NCBI GenBank assembly: GCA_024235655.1
Contig: JACKLY010000007.1
Coordinates: 15,361 to 79,360, forward strand
DNA length: 64,000 bases
Origin: Zoogloeaceae bacterium
Lineage (GTDB): Bacteria > Pseudomonadota > Gammaproteobacteria > Burkholderiales > Rhodocyclaceae
Direction of reading: 5' to 3'
The notes under the pieces were generated by a model. The model worked only from the letters and a program-made list of their open reading frames with translations. It did no database searches and was not told where the DNA came from. Numbering within the stretch: the first letter of the stretch is position 1; each line of letters starts with the position of its first letter. This document shows positions 1-12,441 of this stretch, one piece after another. Made by a program: the position numbers and the translations under genes.

Positions 1-406
1 CATGCTCCTGGCCGGGATCGTCAGTGCCGAAGAAACGCTCGGCCGACTCTTCTTCACCCCCGACAAGCGCGAGTTGCTGGATCGTCAGCGAACAATGAAC
101 GTCCTGCAAACACAGGAACTCATTGAAGATCCGCAGATTGTCGTGAATGGCCAGGTACGCCGAAGCACAGGGAAACGCACAACCTGGATCAACGGGTTGC
201 CACAAAACGAAACTGAAACCCACAGCGGAGTGATTGCTCACCCAGCGGCACAGGGCCACGAAAAGGTCATCATAGAATCCAGCGACGACCCGAAAACAGC
301 AGTCAGGGTGGGCGCAACCCTGAACCGCGGAACTCAGGACACACAGGATCTGATCGGTGATGGAAAAATTGTCATCCACAAGGGTGCTCAAGGCGCAAAG
401 CGCTAA
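1..406 (+). CDS. Exported hypothetical protein of a pilus/T2SS-like gene cluster (5' end probably outside the window)
   Basis: ORF begins with the end of a signal-peptide-like segment (MLLAGIVSA) followed by LGRLFFTP..R..LDRQR. It lies directly upstream of two prepilin-like genes. Confidence 0.55.
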   Translation, partial: MLLAGIVSAEETLGRLFFTPDKRELLDRQRTMNVLQTQELIEDPQIVVNGQVRRSTGKRTTWINGLPQNETETHSGVIAHPAAQGHEKVIIESSDDPKTAVRVGATLNRGTQDTQDLIGDGKIVIHKGAQGAKR

Positions 407-410
407 GCGG

Positions 411-1439
411 ATGATATCTATTCGCCATCAGCAAGGAGCCGCGCTTCTCCTTGCCCTTCTCCTTGTGGTGATCGTGGGCCTAAGCATCTTTGTCGCGCAA
501 CTTTCCCCAGCTGCAGCCAAATTCGCCATCGAACAGCGAACACAGGCAGCACTTGCACAAGCCAAAGAGGCCTTGATCGGCCGCGCTGCGGCAGACAACA
601 ATCGCCCTGGTTCCTTACCCTGCCCGGATACAGACAATGATGGATTCGAAAACGGCGTAGCCGGAAACTGCACGGCCTATATTGGCCGCCTCCCTTACAA
701 GACGCTCCGACTTGACGCCCTGCGAGACGGAAACGGTGAATTGCTCTGGTATGCCATGTCGTCTGCATTGCGTGACAATACCGCGGCACAGCCCATCAAT
801 ACGCTGACAGTTACCGGACTCTCACTGGACGCCCAAGCCAACATGGCCGCCATACTTTTCGCTCCTGGCCAGCCGCTCAGTGGCCAAAACGGCAGGCCAG
901 GCAATAATCGATCTGACTATCTGGACGGCACCAATGCCATCACGGCCAATGCCTTTGTCAGCGGGCCCCAGTCAGACACCTTCAATGACTCCGTTCTCGG
1001 CATCGGGCGCGATGAGCTTTTCCGCACGGTTGCCAAACGCGTTCTGGCCGAGATTGGTGGCCCTGACGTGAGTGGCGCGCCGGCCAACAGCCCTCCGGAC
1101 TTTGGGCTCCGGCGCTATCATGCAGACAATGGCAATATTTTCCCCGATGCGGATACTGACAATGATGGCTGGTCGAATCCGGGAGCAATGACGGGAAAGC
1201 TCCCGTGGAGAAACATGACCCTACCGGCAACACCGACACCACCACCGGCCAGCCCGCTCAATCCTTCAGTATTTGAAGCAACGGCGGAAGGATGGTTAAC
1301 GGCAAACGGATGGCTGCCGCTGGTCAATTACAGCATCCTTACGGTGCCAACCTATCAGGCGACCTTGACCCTGAACGGGGTCAGCATTACCGTAAAGCCT
1401 TGTGCCCCACTTCCGCTCAGCCAGCCCTGCCCACAGTGA
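411..1439 (+). CDS. PilX/GspK-like minor (pseudo)pilin
   Basis: In-frame ATG at 411 gives MISIRHQQG|AALLLALLLVVIVGL, a class III signal peptide lacking Glu5 as in PilX/GspK. Contains LPCPDTDNDG and a second DTDNDG motif. Confidence 0.7.
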   Translation: MISIRHQQGAALLLALLLVVIVGLSIFVAQLSPAAAKFAIEQRTQAALAQAKEALIGRAAADNNRPGSLPCPDTDNDGFENGVAGNCTAYIGRLPYKTLRLDALRDGNGELLWYAMSSALRDNTAAQPINTLTVTGLSLDAQANMAAILFAPGQPLSGQNGRPGNNRSDYLDGTNAITANAFVSGPQSDTFNDSVLGIGRDELFRTVAKRVLAEIGGPDVSGAPANSPPDFGLRRYHADNGNIFPDADTDNDGWSNPGAMTGKLPWRNMTLPATPTPPPASPLNPSVFEATAEGWLTANGWLPLVNYSILTVPTYQATLTLNGVSITVKPCAPLPLSQPCPQ

Positions 1440-2113
1440 CGAAGAGATCTCACCAAGGTTTTACGCTTACCGAACTGGCCATCGTGCTGGTCATTGTCGG
1501 TTTGCTTTTGACCACATTGATGCCGTCACTTACCGTGCAGACCGATCTCAAACATTACAACGAGACGACACAAGTCATCAATGAGGCTCGCGATGCGTTG
1601 ATCGGTTACGCCATGACCCATACGGCTAGCGATGGCAAGCCCTACTTGCCATGCCCGGCAGCAGACGACAGCGGGATAGAAGCAACGCGTACCGCAGGCG
1701 CATGCCCCGCGGAGGAAGGGCGTTTCCCTTGGAGCACACTGGGCGTGGCTCGCTGGGATAGCTGGAACAATCGTATCCGTTACCGTGTTCGCTCCACCTA
1801 CACCAATAGCACAAACGGGTTCACCCTGAGTTCTGCCGGCACCTTCCGTGTCTGCGAAGATGCCGCCTGCACAATCGTTATTGCTTCAACTCTCCCCGTG
1901 GTCCTGCTCTCCCACGGGAAAAATGGACTTGGCGCCTTCAATTCCGCAGGCGGCACCAATACAGCGCCTACTGGTACTGACGAACTGGAAAATTCGGATA
2001 ACGACACCGATTTCGTCAGTCACTCACCCACCAGTGACTTTGACGATAGCGTTGCCTGGCTTCCGGCAACGATCCTCTTTAACCGCATGATTGCGGCAGG
2101 ACGCCTTCCCTGA
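1436..2113 (+). CDS. Prepilin-type N-terminal cleavage/methylation domain protein (minor pilin/pseudopilin)
   Basis: GTG at 1436 overlaps the upstream TGA (GTGA). QG|FTLTELAIVLVIVGLL is a canonical prepilin peptidase site with Glu5. Confidence 0.85.
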   Translation: MTKRSHQGFTLTELAIVLVIVGLLLTTLMPSLTVQTDLKHYNETTQVINEARDALIGYAMTHTASDGKPYLPCPAADDSGIEATRTAGACPAEEGRFPWSTLGVARWDSWNNRIRYRVRSTYTNSTNGFTLSSAGTFRVCEDAACTIVIASTLPVVLLSHGKNGLGAFNSAGGTNTAPTGTDELENSDNDTDFVSHSPTSDFDDSVAWLPATILFNRMIAAGRLP

Positions 2114-2136
2114 GCAAGTTAAAGGTCGACAAGCCT

Positions 2137-2164
2137 TTGACTCGGCTATAAAAATCCGTATAAT
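2137..2164 (+). promoter_or_regulatory. Sigma70 promoter of rplU-rpmA
   Basis: TTGACT (2137-2142), 16-nt spacer, TATAAT (2159-2164), then a GC-rich discriminator GCGCGG. Confidence 0.8.
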
Positions 2165-2202
2165 GCGCGGTTCTTCGTTTCACGTTTTGTATGGAGTCCA
2201 AC

Positions 2203-2514
2203 ATGTACGCGGTCATAAAAACCGGAGGCAAGCAGTATCGTGTTGCCGCTGGTGAAAAACTTAAAGTAGAACAGATACCGGCGGACGTTGGCGCAGAAAT
2301 CACGCTTGACCAGATCCTGATGGTAGGTGAAGGCGAGTCGGTGAAGATCGGCGCCCCGCTCGTTTCCGGAGCAACTGTAACAGCCACCGTGCTGGCACAG
2401 GGTCGTCACGACAAGATCAAGATCTTCAAGATGCGTCGCCGCAAGCACTATCAGAAGCATCAGGGTCATCGTCAGAACTACACCGAACTGCGCATTGTCG
2501 CGATCAACGCGTAA
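2203..2514 (+). CDS. rplU: 50S ribosomal protein L21
   Basis: [14 protein letters not shown]...[17 protein letters not shown]; SD GGAG upstream. Confidence 0.98.
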   Translation: MYAVIKTGGKQYRVAAGEKLKVEQIPADVGAEITLDQILMVGEGESVKIGAPLVSGATVTATVLAQGRHDKIKIFKMRRRKHYQKHQGHRQNYTELRIVAINA

Positions 2515-2540
2515 GCGCAAGCTAAGCAAGGAGTCGAAAC

Positions 2541-2801
2541 ATGGCACACAAAAAAGCTGGCGGTAGTTCACGTAACGGCCGCGATTCAGAATCGAAACGA
2601 CTTGGCGTAAAGCGCTACGGTGGTCAGCTGGTTCTCGCCGGCAACATCATTGTTCGCCAGCGTGGCACCGAGTTCCACCCGGGTGAAAACGTCGGCATCG
2701 GCAAGGATCACACGCTGTTCGCACTGGTTGAAGGTCGCGTTCAGTTTGCCGTCAAGGGCGCTCAGCGTCGCCGTACGGTGAGCATTATTCCCGCAGCCTG
2801 A
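2541..2801 (+). CDS. rpmA: 50S ribosomal protein L27
   Basis: [16 protein letters not shown]...[10 protein letters not shown]...GKDHTLFAL. Confidence 0.98.
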   Translation: MAHKKAGGSSRNGRDSESKRLGVKRYGGQLVLAGNIIVRQRGTEFHPGENVGIGKDHTLFALVEGRVQFAVKGAQRRRTVSIIPAA

Positions 2802-2828
2802 TTAACGGCGTGGTCACACGCAAAGCAG

Positions 2829-5072
<2,244 letters not shown>

Positions 5073-5073
<1 letters not shown>

Positions 5074-5099
5074 GGTAGTTCGGCTTCAGCCGAATACCT
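5073..5099. repeat. Short GTAG-type REP-like palindrome
   Basis: AGGTAGTTCGGC-TTCA-GCCGAATACCT immediately after the proB stop; GTAG tetranucleotide at the foot of the hairpin. Single copy in the window. Confidence 0.35.
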
Positions 5100-5128
5100 G
5101 CTTTTCCAAAGTACGCTGATCTAAAAAC

Positions 5129-5156
5129 AAAACGGGCGCCGAAGCGCCCGTTTTTT
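5129..5156. terminator. Bidirectional intrinsic terminator between proB and porin
   Basis: AAAACGGGCGC-CGAA-GCGCCCGTTTTTT with an A-tract and a T-tract on either side. Confidence 0.9.
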
Positions 5157-5178
5157 CGTTTAACTGACTAAAGTCAGA

Positions 5179-6291
5179 TTAGAACGAGTGGGTGATACCA
5201 GCGGCAAAGGTGTTGTTCTTCTCACCGATTGCACTTGTGTTAGCAACACCACCAGCAGCAACGAGGGCGTTACGATCGTTGTCGACAACAGTGTAGGTGG
5301 TGTACAGCGAGGTACGCTTCGACAGGGTGTGAACGTAGCCAACTGCGTAGGCCTTGGAGCCACCGGCATTGTTACGATCCCAGTCCATGTCAGCATAGCT
5401 GGCAACAACCTTGCCATTGCCGAAGACCGGAACCTGAACGCCAACCGACCATGTGTCGTTGCCACCTTCGTTAGCCGAAGTGCCGTTGTTGTCGTTCTGA
5501 TCCTGGTAGGTTGCGAAGACCTTGGCAATCTTGAAGTCATACGATCCACCAAGCAGCCACTCGTTCACGCTGTCCTGCGTTGCCGGAATCTGGCCGGAAG
5601 CAGTTGCAACCGACAGACGGGACTGATAAACGGCATCCAAGTTCAGCGGGCCGTTGGCATAGTTCAGGCCAGCGCCGAACATGCCGTTGTCGCCTTGGCT
5701 GATGCCATCGGCAGTCGAACCACCCGACTCACCAAACGCGTAGATACCGCGAGCGGTCAGACCCGACCAGGTCGGCGAGGTGTAGGTTACCGAGTTGTTC
5801 CAACGAGCAGCCGAAGCAGCAATGATGGTGTTGCCGGCAGCGGCATTCAGGACGGCCAGCGGCGAAGCAACGGCCGATGCCATCAGTGCGTCATTCTTGG
5901 CTTGTGCATAGAAGCCCGGTGCGTACTGACGACCCAGAGCAACAGTACCCAGCTTGGCAGAACTCAGACCAACCCAAGTCTGACGTGACTGGAGAGCACC
6001 AGCACTACCCAGCGTCGAATTTACATCGTTAGCGAGTGCGTACTCAAGGGTGAAAACAGCCTTCAGGCCATTACCCAGAGCTTCTTCGCCCTTGAAGCCG
6101 ATACGCGAACCAGCCATCACACCGGAATTGATACCGCTGAAGTTGGCGTTTTTCCGGGCCGTGCCAGCACGATCGCCGGTCGAGTTAACATAAGCTGCAT
6201 CAACGATACCGTAGATGGTGACGTTGGACTGGGCGAAAGCAGCGCCCGAAACCAGACCGGCAACTGCCAGTGCGATTACTTTCTTTTGCAT
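5179..6291 (-). CDS. Gram-negative trimeric porin (betaproteobacterial major outer-membrane porin)
   Basis: Signal peptide ending AFA|QSNVTIYG, SRIGFKGEEALGNGLKAVF, LSKRT, C-terminal GITHSF. Confidence 0.95.
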   Translation of the reverse strand: MQKKVIALAVAGLVSGAAFAQSNVTIYGIVDAAYVNSTGDRAGTARKNANFSGINSGVMAGSRIGFKGEEALGNGLKAVFTLEYALANDVNSTLGSAGALQSRQTWVGLSSAKLGTVALGRQYAPGFYAQAKNDALMASAVASPLAVLNAAAGNTIIAASAARWNNSVTYTSPTWSGLTARGIYAFGESGGSTADGISQGDNGMFGAGLNYANGPLNLDAVYQSRLSVATASGQIPATQDSVNEWLLGGSYDFKIAKVFATYQDQNDNNGTSANEGGNDTWSVGVQVPVFGNGKVVASYADMDWDRNNAGGSKAYAVGYVHTLSKRTSLYTTYTVVDNDRNALVAAGGVANTSAIGEKNNTFAAGITHSF

Positions 6292-6435
6292 TGTGAATCT
6301 CCTCTAGGTTTGAGATCGGCGGATTAGCGAACTAGCCCACCAAGCTGAGCCTCTCGAATACGAGAAGTTGGAAGGATTGTGGCAAACGACCTATTGCAGG
6401 GCAACCTTGACGGCACTTTTTCGCCGTCATGCCAG

Positions 6436-6465
6436 CCGGTTTGTTGCACAGACGCAACAAACCGG
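6436..6465. promoter_or_regulatory. Perfect 12-bp inverted repeat between trpC stop and porin (hairpin and/or operator)
   Basis: CCGGTTTGTTGC-ACAGAC-GCAACAAACCGG; no U-tract. Confidence 0.45.
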
Positions 6466-6470
6466 AGCAA

Positions 6471-7262
6471 TCAGTCGCCAAACAAGGCAGCAAGGGCGTC
6501 GCCGGGCTGTGGGGCACGCATGAAAGTCTCCCCGACAAGGAAGGTGTTCACCTGGTTTTGTCGCATCAGCACGACATCCGCTGCGGCCAGAATGCCACTT
6601 TCGGTAACCACCAGTTTTTCCGAAGGGATGCGCGGCAGGAGATCCAGCGTATTCTTCAGGCTGACTTCAAAAGTGCGCAGGTTGCGGTTATTGATGCCAA
6701 GCAACGGGGTTTTCAATTGCAGCGCCGCATCCAGCTCAACGGCGTCATGCACCTCGACCAGCACTGACATGCCGAGGCTGAAAGCAATAGCCTCGAACTC
6801 CTGCATTTGCTGAAGACTGAGAGCTGAGACGATAAGCAGGATGGCGTCTGCCCCCATGGCACGGGCTTCGAATACCTGATACGGGTCAACCAGAAAATCC
6901 TTGCGCAGCACCGGCAGCGAGCAGGCCGCACGCGCAGCCTGCAGATATTCGGGCGCGCCCTGAAAATACTGGCGATCAGTAAGCACCGACAAACAGGCAG
7001 CGCCATGCTGTTCATAGCTGCGGGCAATGTCGGCCGGCTCGAAGTCGGCGCGCAAAATACCCTTGGACGGGCTTGCTTTCTTGATTTCTGCGATGACCGC
7101 CGGCTTGCCGGCAGCCACCCGTGATTTCAGGGCGCCGGCAAAATCCCGGGCTGGTGCCTGTGCTTCAGCCTCGGCACGGACAAGCGTCAAGGGTTTTCCT
7201 GCGGCGGCGACAGCCACTTCCTCATGCTTCGTCGCGAGGATCTTCTTGAGAATATCGCTCAT
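6471..7262 (-). CDS. trpC: Indole-3-glycerol phosphate synthase
   Basis: MSDIL..., [28 protein letters not shown]; ATGA overlap with trpD. Confidence 0.97.
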   Translation of the reverse strand: MSDILKKILATKHEEVAVAAAGKPLTLVRAEAEAQAPARDFAGALKSRVAAGKPAVIAEIKKASPSKGILRADFEPADIARSYEQHGAACLSVLTDRQYFQGAPEYLQAARAACSLPVLRKDFLVDPYQVFEARAMGADAILLIVSALSLQQMQEFEAIAFSLGMSVLVEVHDAVELDAALQLKTPLLGINNRNLRTFEVSLKNTLDLLPRIPSEKLVVTESGILAAADVVLMRQNQVNTFLVGETFMRAPQPGDALAALFGD

Positions 7263-8293
7263 GAAAATCTCTTCGTGCAAGAAACAAAGGCATCGACCTT
7301 GGCCCGTGCCGCCCCTGAGGCGATGGCCTCGAATGCCAGGTTGACGCCATCAATCAGCGTTTCGGCACAACCAGCCACATAGAGGCTGGCACCGGCATTC
7401 AACGCCACAATGTCGCGCGCGGCACCGGGCTTGTTCTCCAGCGCCCCGAGCAACACGGACTTGGACTCCTCGATATTGGCCACGCGCAGCACTTTCGGGT
7501 CATGCACCGCCAGATTGAACTGTTCGGGGTGCACCACATATTCATCGATCCGCCCGTCCTTCAATTCGCCGACCAATGTCTCGCCGGAAATCGAGATTTC
7601 GTCCAGCCCTTCCCGGCCGAATACGGTCAGCGCCCGCTGGCTGCCCAAACGCTGCAACACCCGCACCTGGATACCGACCAGATCGGGATGAAAAACACCC
7701 ATGACCTGATGCGGCGCGCTGGCCGGGTTGGTCAGCGGTCCGAGGATATTGAAAATGGTACGTACGCCGAGTTCCCTGCGCACAGGCGCGGCGTGCTTCA
7801 TGGCGCTGTGGTGATTGGGGGCGAACATGAAACCGACGCCGGTTTCGTCGATGCAGGCACCGACCTGCTCTGGTGTCAGGTTAATGTTGGCACCCAGCGC
7901 CTCGAGCACGTCAGCACTGCCCGACTGCGAGGACACCGAGCGGCCACCATGCTTGGCGACTCGCGCCCCGGCTGCCGCTGCAACGAACATCGCGGTGGTC
8001 GAGATATTGAAGGTGTGGGCACCATCACCGCCGGTGCCGCAGGTATCAACCAACCTTGAGCTGTCCTTGACCAGCACCTTGGTCGACAGTTCGCGCATCA
8101 CCTGCGCTGCTGCCGCCACTTCGCCAATGGTTTCCTTCTTGACACGCAATCCAGTGATGATCGCCGCAATGAGCACGGGTGAGACTTCTCCGCCCATGAT
8201 CTGACGCATCAGTGACACCATTTCGTCGTGAAAGATCTCGCGATGATCGATGACTCGGGAAAGTGCTTCCTGTGGGGTAAAACTATGGCTCAT
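7259..8293 (-). CDS. trpD: Anthranilate phosphoribosyltransferase
   Basis: [40 protein letters not shown]. Confidence 0.97.
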   Translation of the reverse strand: MSHSFTPQEALSRVIDHREIFHDEMVSLMRQIMGGEVSPVLIAAIITGLRVKKETIGEVAAAAQVMRELSTKVLVKDSSRLVDTCGTGGDGAHTFNISTTAMFVAAAAGARVAKHGGRSVSSQSGSADVLEALGANINLTPEQVGACIDETGVGFMFAPNHHSAMKHAAPVRRELGVRTIFNILGPLTNPASAPHQVMGVFHPDLVGIQVRVLQRLGSQRALTVFGREGLDEISISGETLVGELKDGRIDEYVVHPEQFNLAVHDPKVLRVANIEESKSVLLGALENKPGAARDIVALNAGASLYVAGCAETLIDGVNLAFEAIASGAARAKVDAFVSCTKRFS

Positions 8294-8862
8294 CGCGCAT
8301 GCTCCTCAAGAAAGTTTTTCAGCAGATCGTGGCCGCACTCGGTCAGGATCGATTCCGGGTGGAACTGCACCCCCTCGACAGGCAGTGTCTTGTGGCGCAC
8401 GCCCATGATCTCGCCATCCTCGGTCCAGGCGGTGATGTCAAGGCAATCCGGGAGCGACTCACGCTCAATGGCCAGCGAATGGTAGCGGGTACAGGTCAGC
8501 GGATTCGGCAGGCCGCGGAAAACGCCGACATCCTTGTGCTGCACCGGCGAGGTCTTGCCGTGCATCAGTTGCCGGGCATGCACGATGCGCCCGCCGAAAG
8601 CCTCGCCGATCGACTGGTGACCGAGACAGACGCCAAGCAGCGGGATCTTGCCGGCAAATTCGCGTATTGCCGCCAGCGAGATGCCGGCCTGTGCCGGCGC
8701 ACACGGCCCCGGTGAAATCACCAGATACTCGGGCTTGAGACGAGCAATTTCGGCAATCGAAATCGCATCATTGCGGAACACCCTCACCTCCTGACCCAAC
8801 TCGCCAAAGTACTGGACGATGTTGTAGGTAAAGGAGTCATAGTTATCGATCATCAGCAACAT
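8290..8862 (-). CDS. trpG: Anthranilate synthase component II (glutamine amidotransferase)
   Basis: Start moved to ATG 8862: [38 protein letters not shown]. Confidence 0.95.
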   Translation of the reverse strand: MLLMIDNYDSFTYNIVQYFGELGQEVRVFRNDAISIAEIARLKPEYLVISPGPCAPAQAGISLAAIREFAGKIPLLGVCLGHQSIGEAFGGRIVHARQLMHGKTSPVQHKDVGVFRGLPNPLTCTRYHSLAIERESLPDCLDITAWTEDGEIMGVRHKTLPVEGVQFHPESILTECGHDLLKNFLEEHAR

Positions 8863-8872
8863 GGCATCACCC

Positions 8873-10360
8873 TCATTCAGTCCGCGTATCCAGCCCGTGC
8901 TCGGCCATTTCGGCGGCGCGCAGGATGGCGCGGGCCTTGCTCTGGGTTTCCTGCCATTCGGCAGTCGGGTCGGAGTCGGCGACGATGCCGGCGCCGGCCT
9001 GCACGTGCATCTGGTTGTCCTTGAGCACGGCGGTACGGATGGCGATGCACAGATCCATGTCGCCGGAGAAACCGATGTAGCCGATGGCACCACCGTAGAT
9101 GCCACGCTTGACCGGCTCCATCTCGTCGATGATTTCCATCGCCCGCACCTTCGGCGCTCCGGAGAGCGTGCCGGCCGGCAGTGTCGCCTTGAGCACGTCC
9201 ATTGCATTCAGGCCTGGCTGCAGCTTGCATTCGACGTTGGAAACGATATGCATGACGTGAGAATAGCGCTCGATCATCATGTTTTCGGTAACCTTGACGC
9301 TACCCGTCTGCGCCACGCGACCGGCATCGTTACGGCCGAGATCCAGCAGTTGCACATGCTCGGCACGCTCTTTCTGGTCGGCCAGCAACTCTTCGGCCAG
9401 TGCCGCATCCTCTTCATGCGAACTGCCGCGGCGACGGGTACCGGCAATCGGGCGAACAGTGACTACGCCTTCGCCATTCTCGTGCTCCAGCCGCACCAGA
9501 ATTTCCGGCGAGGCGCCGACGATATGGAAATCCTCGCAGTCGAAATAGAACATGTAGGGCGACGGATTGAGTGTACGCAAGGCACGGTAGAGCGCCAGCG
9601 GGCTGGCGGTGAAGGGCTTGGTCATGCGCTGGGAGATCACCACCTGCATGATGTCGCCATCGCGGATGTACTGCTTGGCCTTGCCCACCGCCTGCTTGAA
9701 TGCCGCCTCGCCAAACACGGAAACTGCCGGCTGCGAGGGTGTTGGCAGTTCAGCAGGAATTTTCACCGGCGCCCGCAGTTTGCCCAACAATTCCTTGAGC
9801 CGCGCCTGTGCTTTCTGGAACGCGCCGGGAACACCCGGCTCGGCATAGACCACCAGCGTCAGCTTGCCGGAAAGGTTATCCACAACGGCCAGCTCTTCAG
9901 ACAGAAAAAGCAGGATATCGGGGGTACCCAGATCACCGGGCTTCTGACTGCGCGTCAACTTCGTTTCGACATAGCGCACGGTGTCATAGCCGAAAGCGCC
10001 GACCAGGCCACCGCAAAAACGCGGCAGGTTGGAGGACTGCGCGGCACGGAAGCGCGTCATGAACTTTTCGATGAAGTCGAGCGGGTTGGTGTCGTCTTCA
10101 CGCTCGGAGATACGGTTGCCGGTCAGTACCAGCACCTGATGACCATAGACAGCGATGCGCGTCGGGCTGGAAATGCCGATGAAGGAATAGCGGCCAAAGC
10201 GCTCGCCACCCTGCACCGATTCGAGCAGGTAGGAATACGGCGTGTCGGCCAGCTTCAGGTAGATGGAAAGTGGCGTATCGAGATCGGCAAAGGTCTCGAG
10301 CGTCACAGGGATGCGGTTGTAGCCTTGCGCAGCAAGCGCATTGAATTCGGTTTCGGTCAT
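8873..10360 (-). CDS. trpE: Anthranilate synthase component I
   Basis: [59 protein letters not shown]. Confidence 0.97.
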   Translation of the reverse strand: MTETEFNALAAQGYNRIPVTLETFADLDTPLSIYLKLADTPYSYLLESVQGGERFGRYSFIGISSPTRIAVYGHQVLVLTGNRISEREDDTNPLDFIEKFMTRFRAAQSSNLPRFCGGLVGAFGYDTVRYVETKLTRSQKPGDLGTPDILLFLSEELAVVDNLSGKLTLVVYAEPGVPGAFQKAQARLKELLGKLRAPVKIPAELPTPSQPAVSVFGEAAFKQAVGKAKQYIRDGDIMQVVISQRMTKPFTASPLALYRALRTLNPSPYMFYFDCEDFHIVGASPEILVRLEHENGEGVVTVRPIAGTRRRGSSHEEDAALAEELLADQKERAEHVQLLDLGRNDAGRVAQTGSVKVTENMMIERYSHVMHIVSNVECKLQPGLNAMDVLKATLPAGTLSGAPKVRAMEIIDEMEPVKRGIYGGAIGYIGFSGDMDLCIAIRTAVLKDNQMHVQAGAGIVADSDPTAEWQETQSKARAILRAAEMAEHGLDTRTE

Positions 10361-10439
10361 GATGCCCTCAAGCAGCTGTTTTCGTTATTCGTTCCGGGGA
10401 TTAAATGTTCTTGTCCGCCCCCGGTGACGGACGGAATGG

Positions 10440-10523
10440 TCAGTGTTGGCGCGAACGCCACCACTCGCGGCGCCAGGCGCCGGAGGCAATTTCCGTCCAG
10501 ATAACAAAAGGCTTGCGGGTCAC
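10440..10523 (-). CDS. Putative trp leader peptide, 27 aa: [27 protein letters not shown]
   Basis: Translated by hand. GTG at 10523 overlaps the gph TGA. Four Trp codons including tandem WW; stop is 79 nt before the trpE ATG. Below the ORF-track size cutoff. Confidence 0.75.
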   Translation of the reverse strand: MTRKPFVIWTEIASGAWRREWWRSRQH

Positions 10524-11236
10524 GATGTATGGCGTACCTGACTGATTGATTCATTGTATGAGGCCACGCGTTGCGCGGCCTCAAGCAGGGTGGATACTAG
10601 CGCATCGCAGTTGGCCGTGTCCACAGGGCCGGCCTCGGTATAACCATAGGGTACGGCAAAGGCAAGGCAACCCGCCGCCCTGGCGGCCAGCAGGTCATTA
10701 TCGGAGTCGCCGATATGCAGGTTTTCCTGAAGATGCGCACCGAGCAAGTGGCAGGCATGGAGGATGGGCTCCGGATGCGGCTTCTTGTGGGTGGTGGTAT
10801 CGCCGGCTACGGTCACGGAAAAGAAATCGGCGAGGCCAGTGCGCTCAAGCAGCGGCGCAGTGAAGGCAGCCGGTTTGTTGGTCACCACGGCAAGCGGCAA
10901 ACCAAGGTGCTGAAAGGCCTGCAATCCGGCGCGCACATCAGGGTACTCGGCAGCATCACGGCCATTGAATTCGCTGTAGTGGCGGCGAAACAACTCTATG
11001 CCGCGCGCAAGCAATGCTGCCTCCGGCGGCCCGGCGGGGGTCGTCAGACAGCGCTCGACCAGCACAGCCATGCCCCTGCCGACAAAACACCGCACCTGAT
11101 CGACCCCGTGTGGCGCCCGGCCCAGTTCGATCATCATCGCGTCACAGGCTGCCGCGAGGTCGGCAACGGTATCGAGCAGGGTGCCGTCGAGATCGAAGGT
11201 AACCGAACGAATGGTTCGACTGGGGCCGCCACTCAC
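10520..11236 (-). CDS. gph: Phosphoglycolate phosphatase (HAD family)
   Basis: [27 protein letters not shown]; rpe-gph-trpE synteny. Confidence 0.92.
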   Translation of the reverse strand: MSGGPSRTIRSVTFDLDGTLLDTVADLAAACDAMMIELGRAPHGVDQVRCFVGRGMAVLVERCLTTPAGPPEAALLARGIELFRRHYSEFNGRDAAEYPDVRAGLQAFQHLGLPLAVVTNKPAAFTAPLLERTGLADFFSVTVAGDTTTHKKPHPEPILHACHLLGAHLQENLHIGDSDNDLLAARAAGCLAFAVPYGYTEAGPVDTANCDALVSTLLEAAQRVASYNESISQVRHTS

Positions 11237-11922
11237 GCCTTGGCCAGCTCCGCACGCAAGGCGGCAATCACCGAGTTATAGCGCTGCGGGTCGCTGTCCT
11301 TGCCGGCACCGTAAACCGCCGAACCAGCGACAAAGGCATCAGCACCGGCCCGGGCGATTTCGGCAATGTTATCGACCTTGACGCCGCCGTCGACTTCCAG
11401 CCGGATGGTGCGCCCGCTACGTTCGGTGTAGGCGTCGATCTTGGCCCGTGCTTCCTTGAGTTTGGACAGTGTCGCCGGAATGAAGGACTGCCCGCCGAAA
11501 CCAGGGTTGACGCTCATCAGGAGCACGACATCGAGCTTGTCCATGACCCAGTCCATATGCGCCAGCGGTGTCGCCGGATTGAACACCAGGCCAGCCTGAC
11601 AGCCGCTGTCACGAATCAGGCCCAAGGTGCGATCGACATGCTCGGAACCTTCCGGATGAAAGGTGATGATGTCTGCACCCGCCTTGGCGAAATCAGGAAC
11701 GATGCGATCGACGGGTTTCACCATCAGATGCACGTCAATCGGCGCCGTGGTCAGCGGACGAATCGCTTCGCACACCAGCGGGCCAATGGTCAGGTTCGGC
11801 ACGTAATGGTTGTCCATGACGTCGAAATGAATCCAGTCGGCGCCTGAGGCAATGACGTTTTGCACTTCCTCGCCAAGCTTGGCGAAGTTGGCGGAAAGAA
11901 TGCTGGGAGCGATAACGTGCAT
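11233..11922 (-). CDS. rpe: Ribulose-phosphate 3-epimerase
   Basis: [42 protein letters not shown]. Confidence 0.97.
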   Translation of the reverse strand: MHVIAPSILSANFAKLGEEVQNVIASGADWIHFDVMDNHYVPNLTIGPLVCEAIRPLTTAPIDVHLMVKPVDRIVPDFAKAGADIITFHPEGSEHVDRTLGLIRDSGCQAGLVFNPATPLAHMDWVMDKLDVVLLMSVNPGFGGQSFIPATLSKLKEARAKIDAYTERSGRTIRLEVDGGVKVDNIAEIARAGADAFVAGSAVYGAGKDSDPQRYNSVIAALRAELAKA

Positions 11923-12045
11923 GGGAACGTCCGTGCGAATACTGAAAAGGTGATTCTACCAAGAACCCATCGCCTCACTTCTTGTCTTACCCTGGCGTTT
12001 CGTGTGCAATGACACGCGCCCTTCCAACCAACACCCCATCACGAC

Positions 12046-12429
12046 ATGACTGAAAACAAAAAATACGCCATTGCCATCAGCACTGCCCCTGAATTCATCC
12101 CGGACCAGTCGAATCCGGAAAACAACCACTACGTTTTTGCCTACACGATCACCATCCAGAACATGGGCAGCATTGCAGCACAACTGGTCTCCCGCCACTG
12201 GATCATTACCGATGCAAAGGATGAAACCCAGGAAGTCCGTGGCTTGGGCGTGGTTGGCCAGCAGCCTTTGCTCAAACCCGGCGAGCGTTTCCAATACACC
12301 AGTGGCTGTGCATTACCCACGCCAGTCGGCACCATGCGTGGCAACTATCAAATGGTGGCCGAGGACGGCACTCATTTTGAAGCGACCATTCCCGAGTTTA
12401 CGCTGGCGGTGCCGCGCGTACTGCACTGA
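12046..12429 (+). CDS. apaG: ApaG protein
   Basis: FAYTITI.N, QLVSRHWIITD, V.G.GVVGQQP, YTSG, GTMRG.Y. Confidence 0.95.
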   Translation: MTENKKYAIAISTAPEFIPDQSNPENNHYVFAYTITIQNMGSIAAQLVSRHWIITDAKDETQEVRGLGVVGQQPLLKPGERFQYTSGCALPTPVGTMRGNYQMVAEDGTHFEATIPEFTLAVPRVLH

Positions 12430-12441
12430 AACCCGCAGCGC

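Noticed and set aside
8863-9207. Apparent 115-aa N-terminal extension of TrpG
   Set aside because: Alternative frame inside trpE; the canonical [11 protein letters not shown] start is at 8862.
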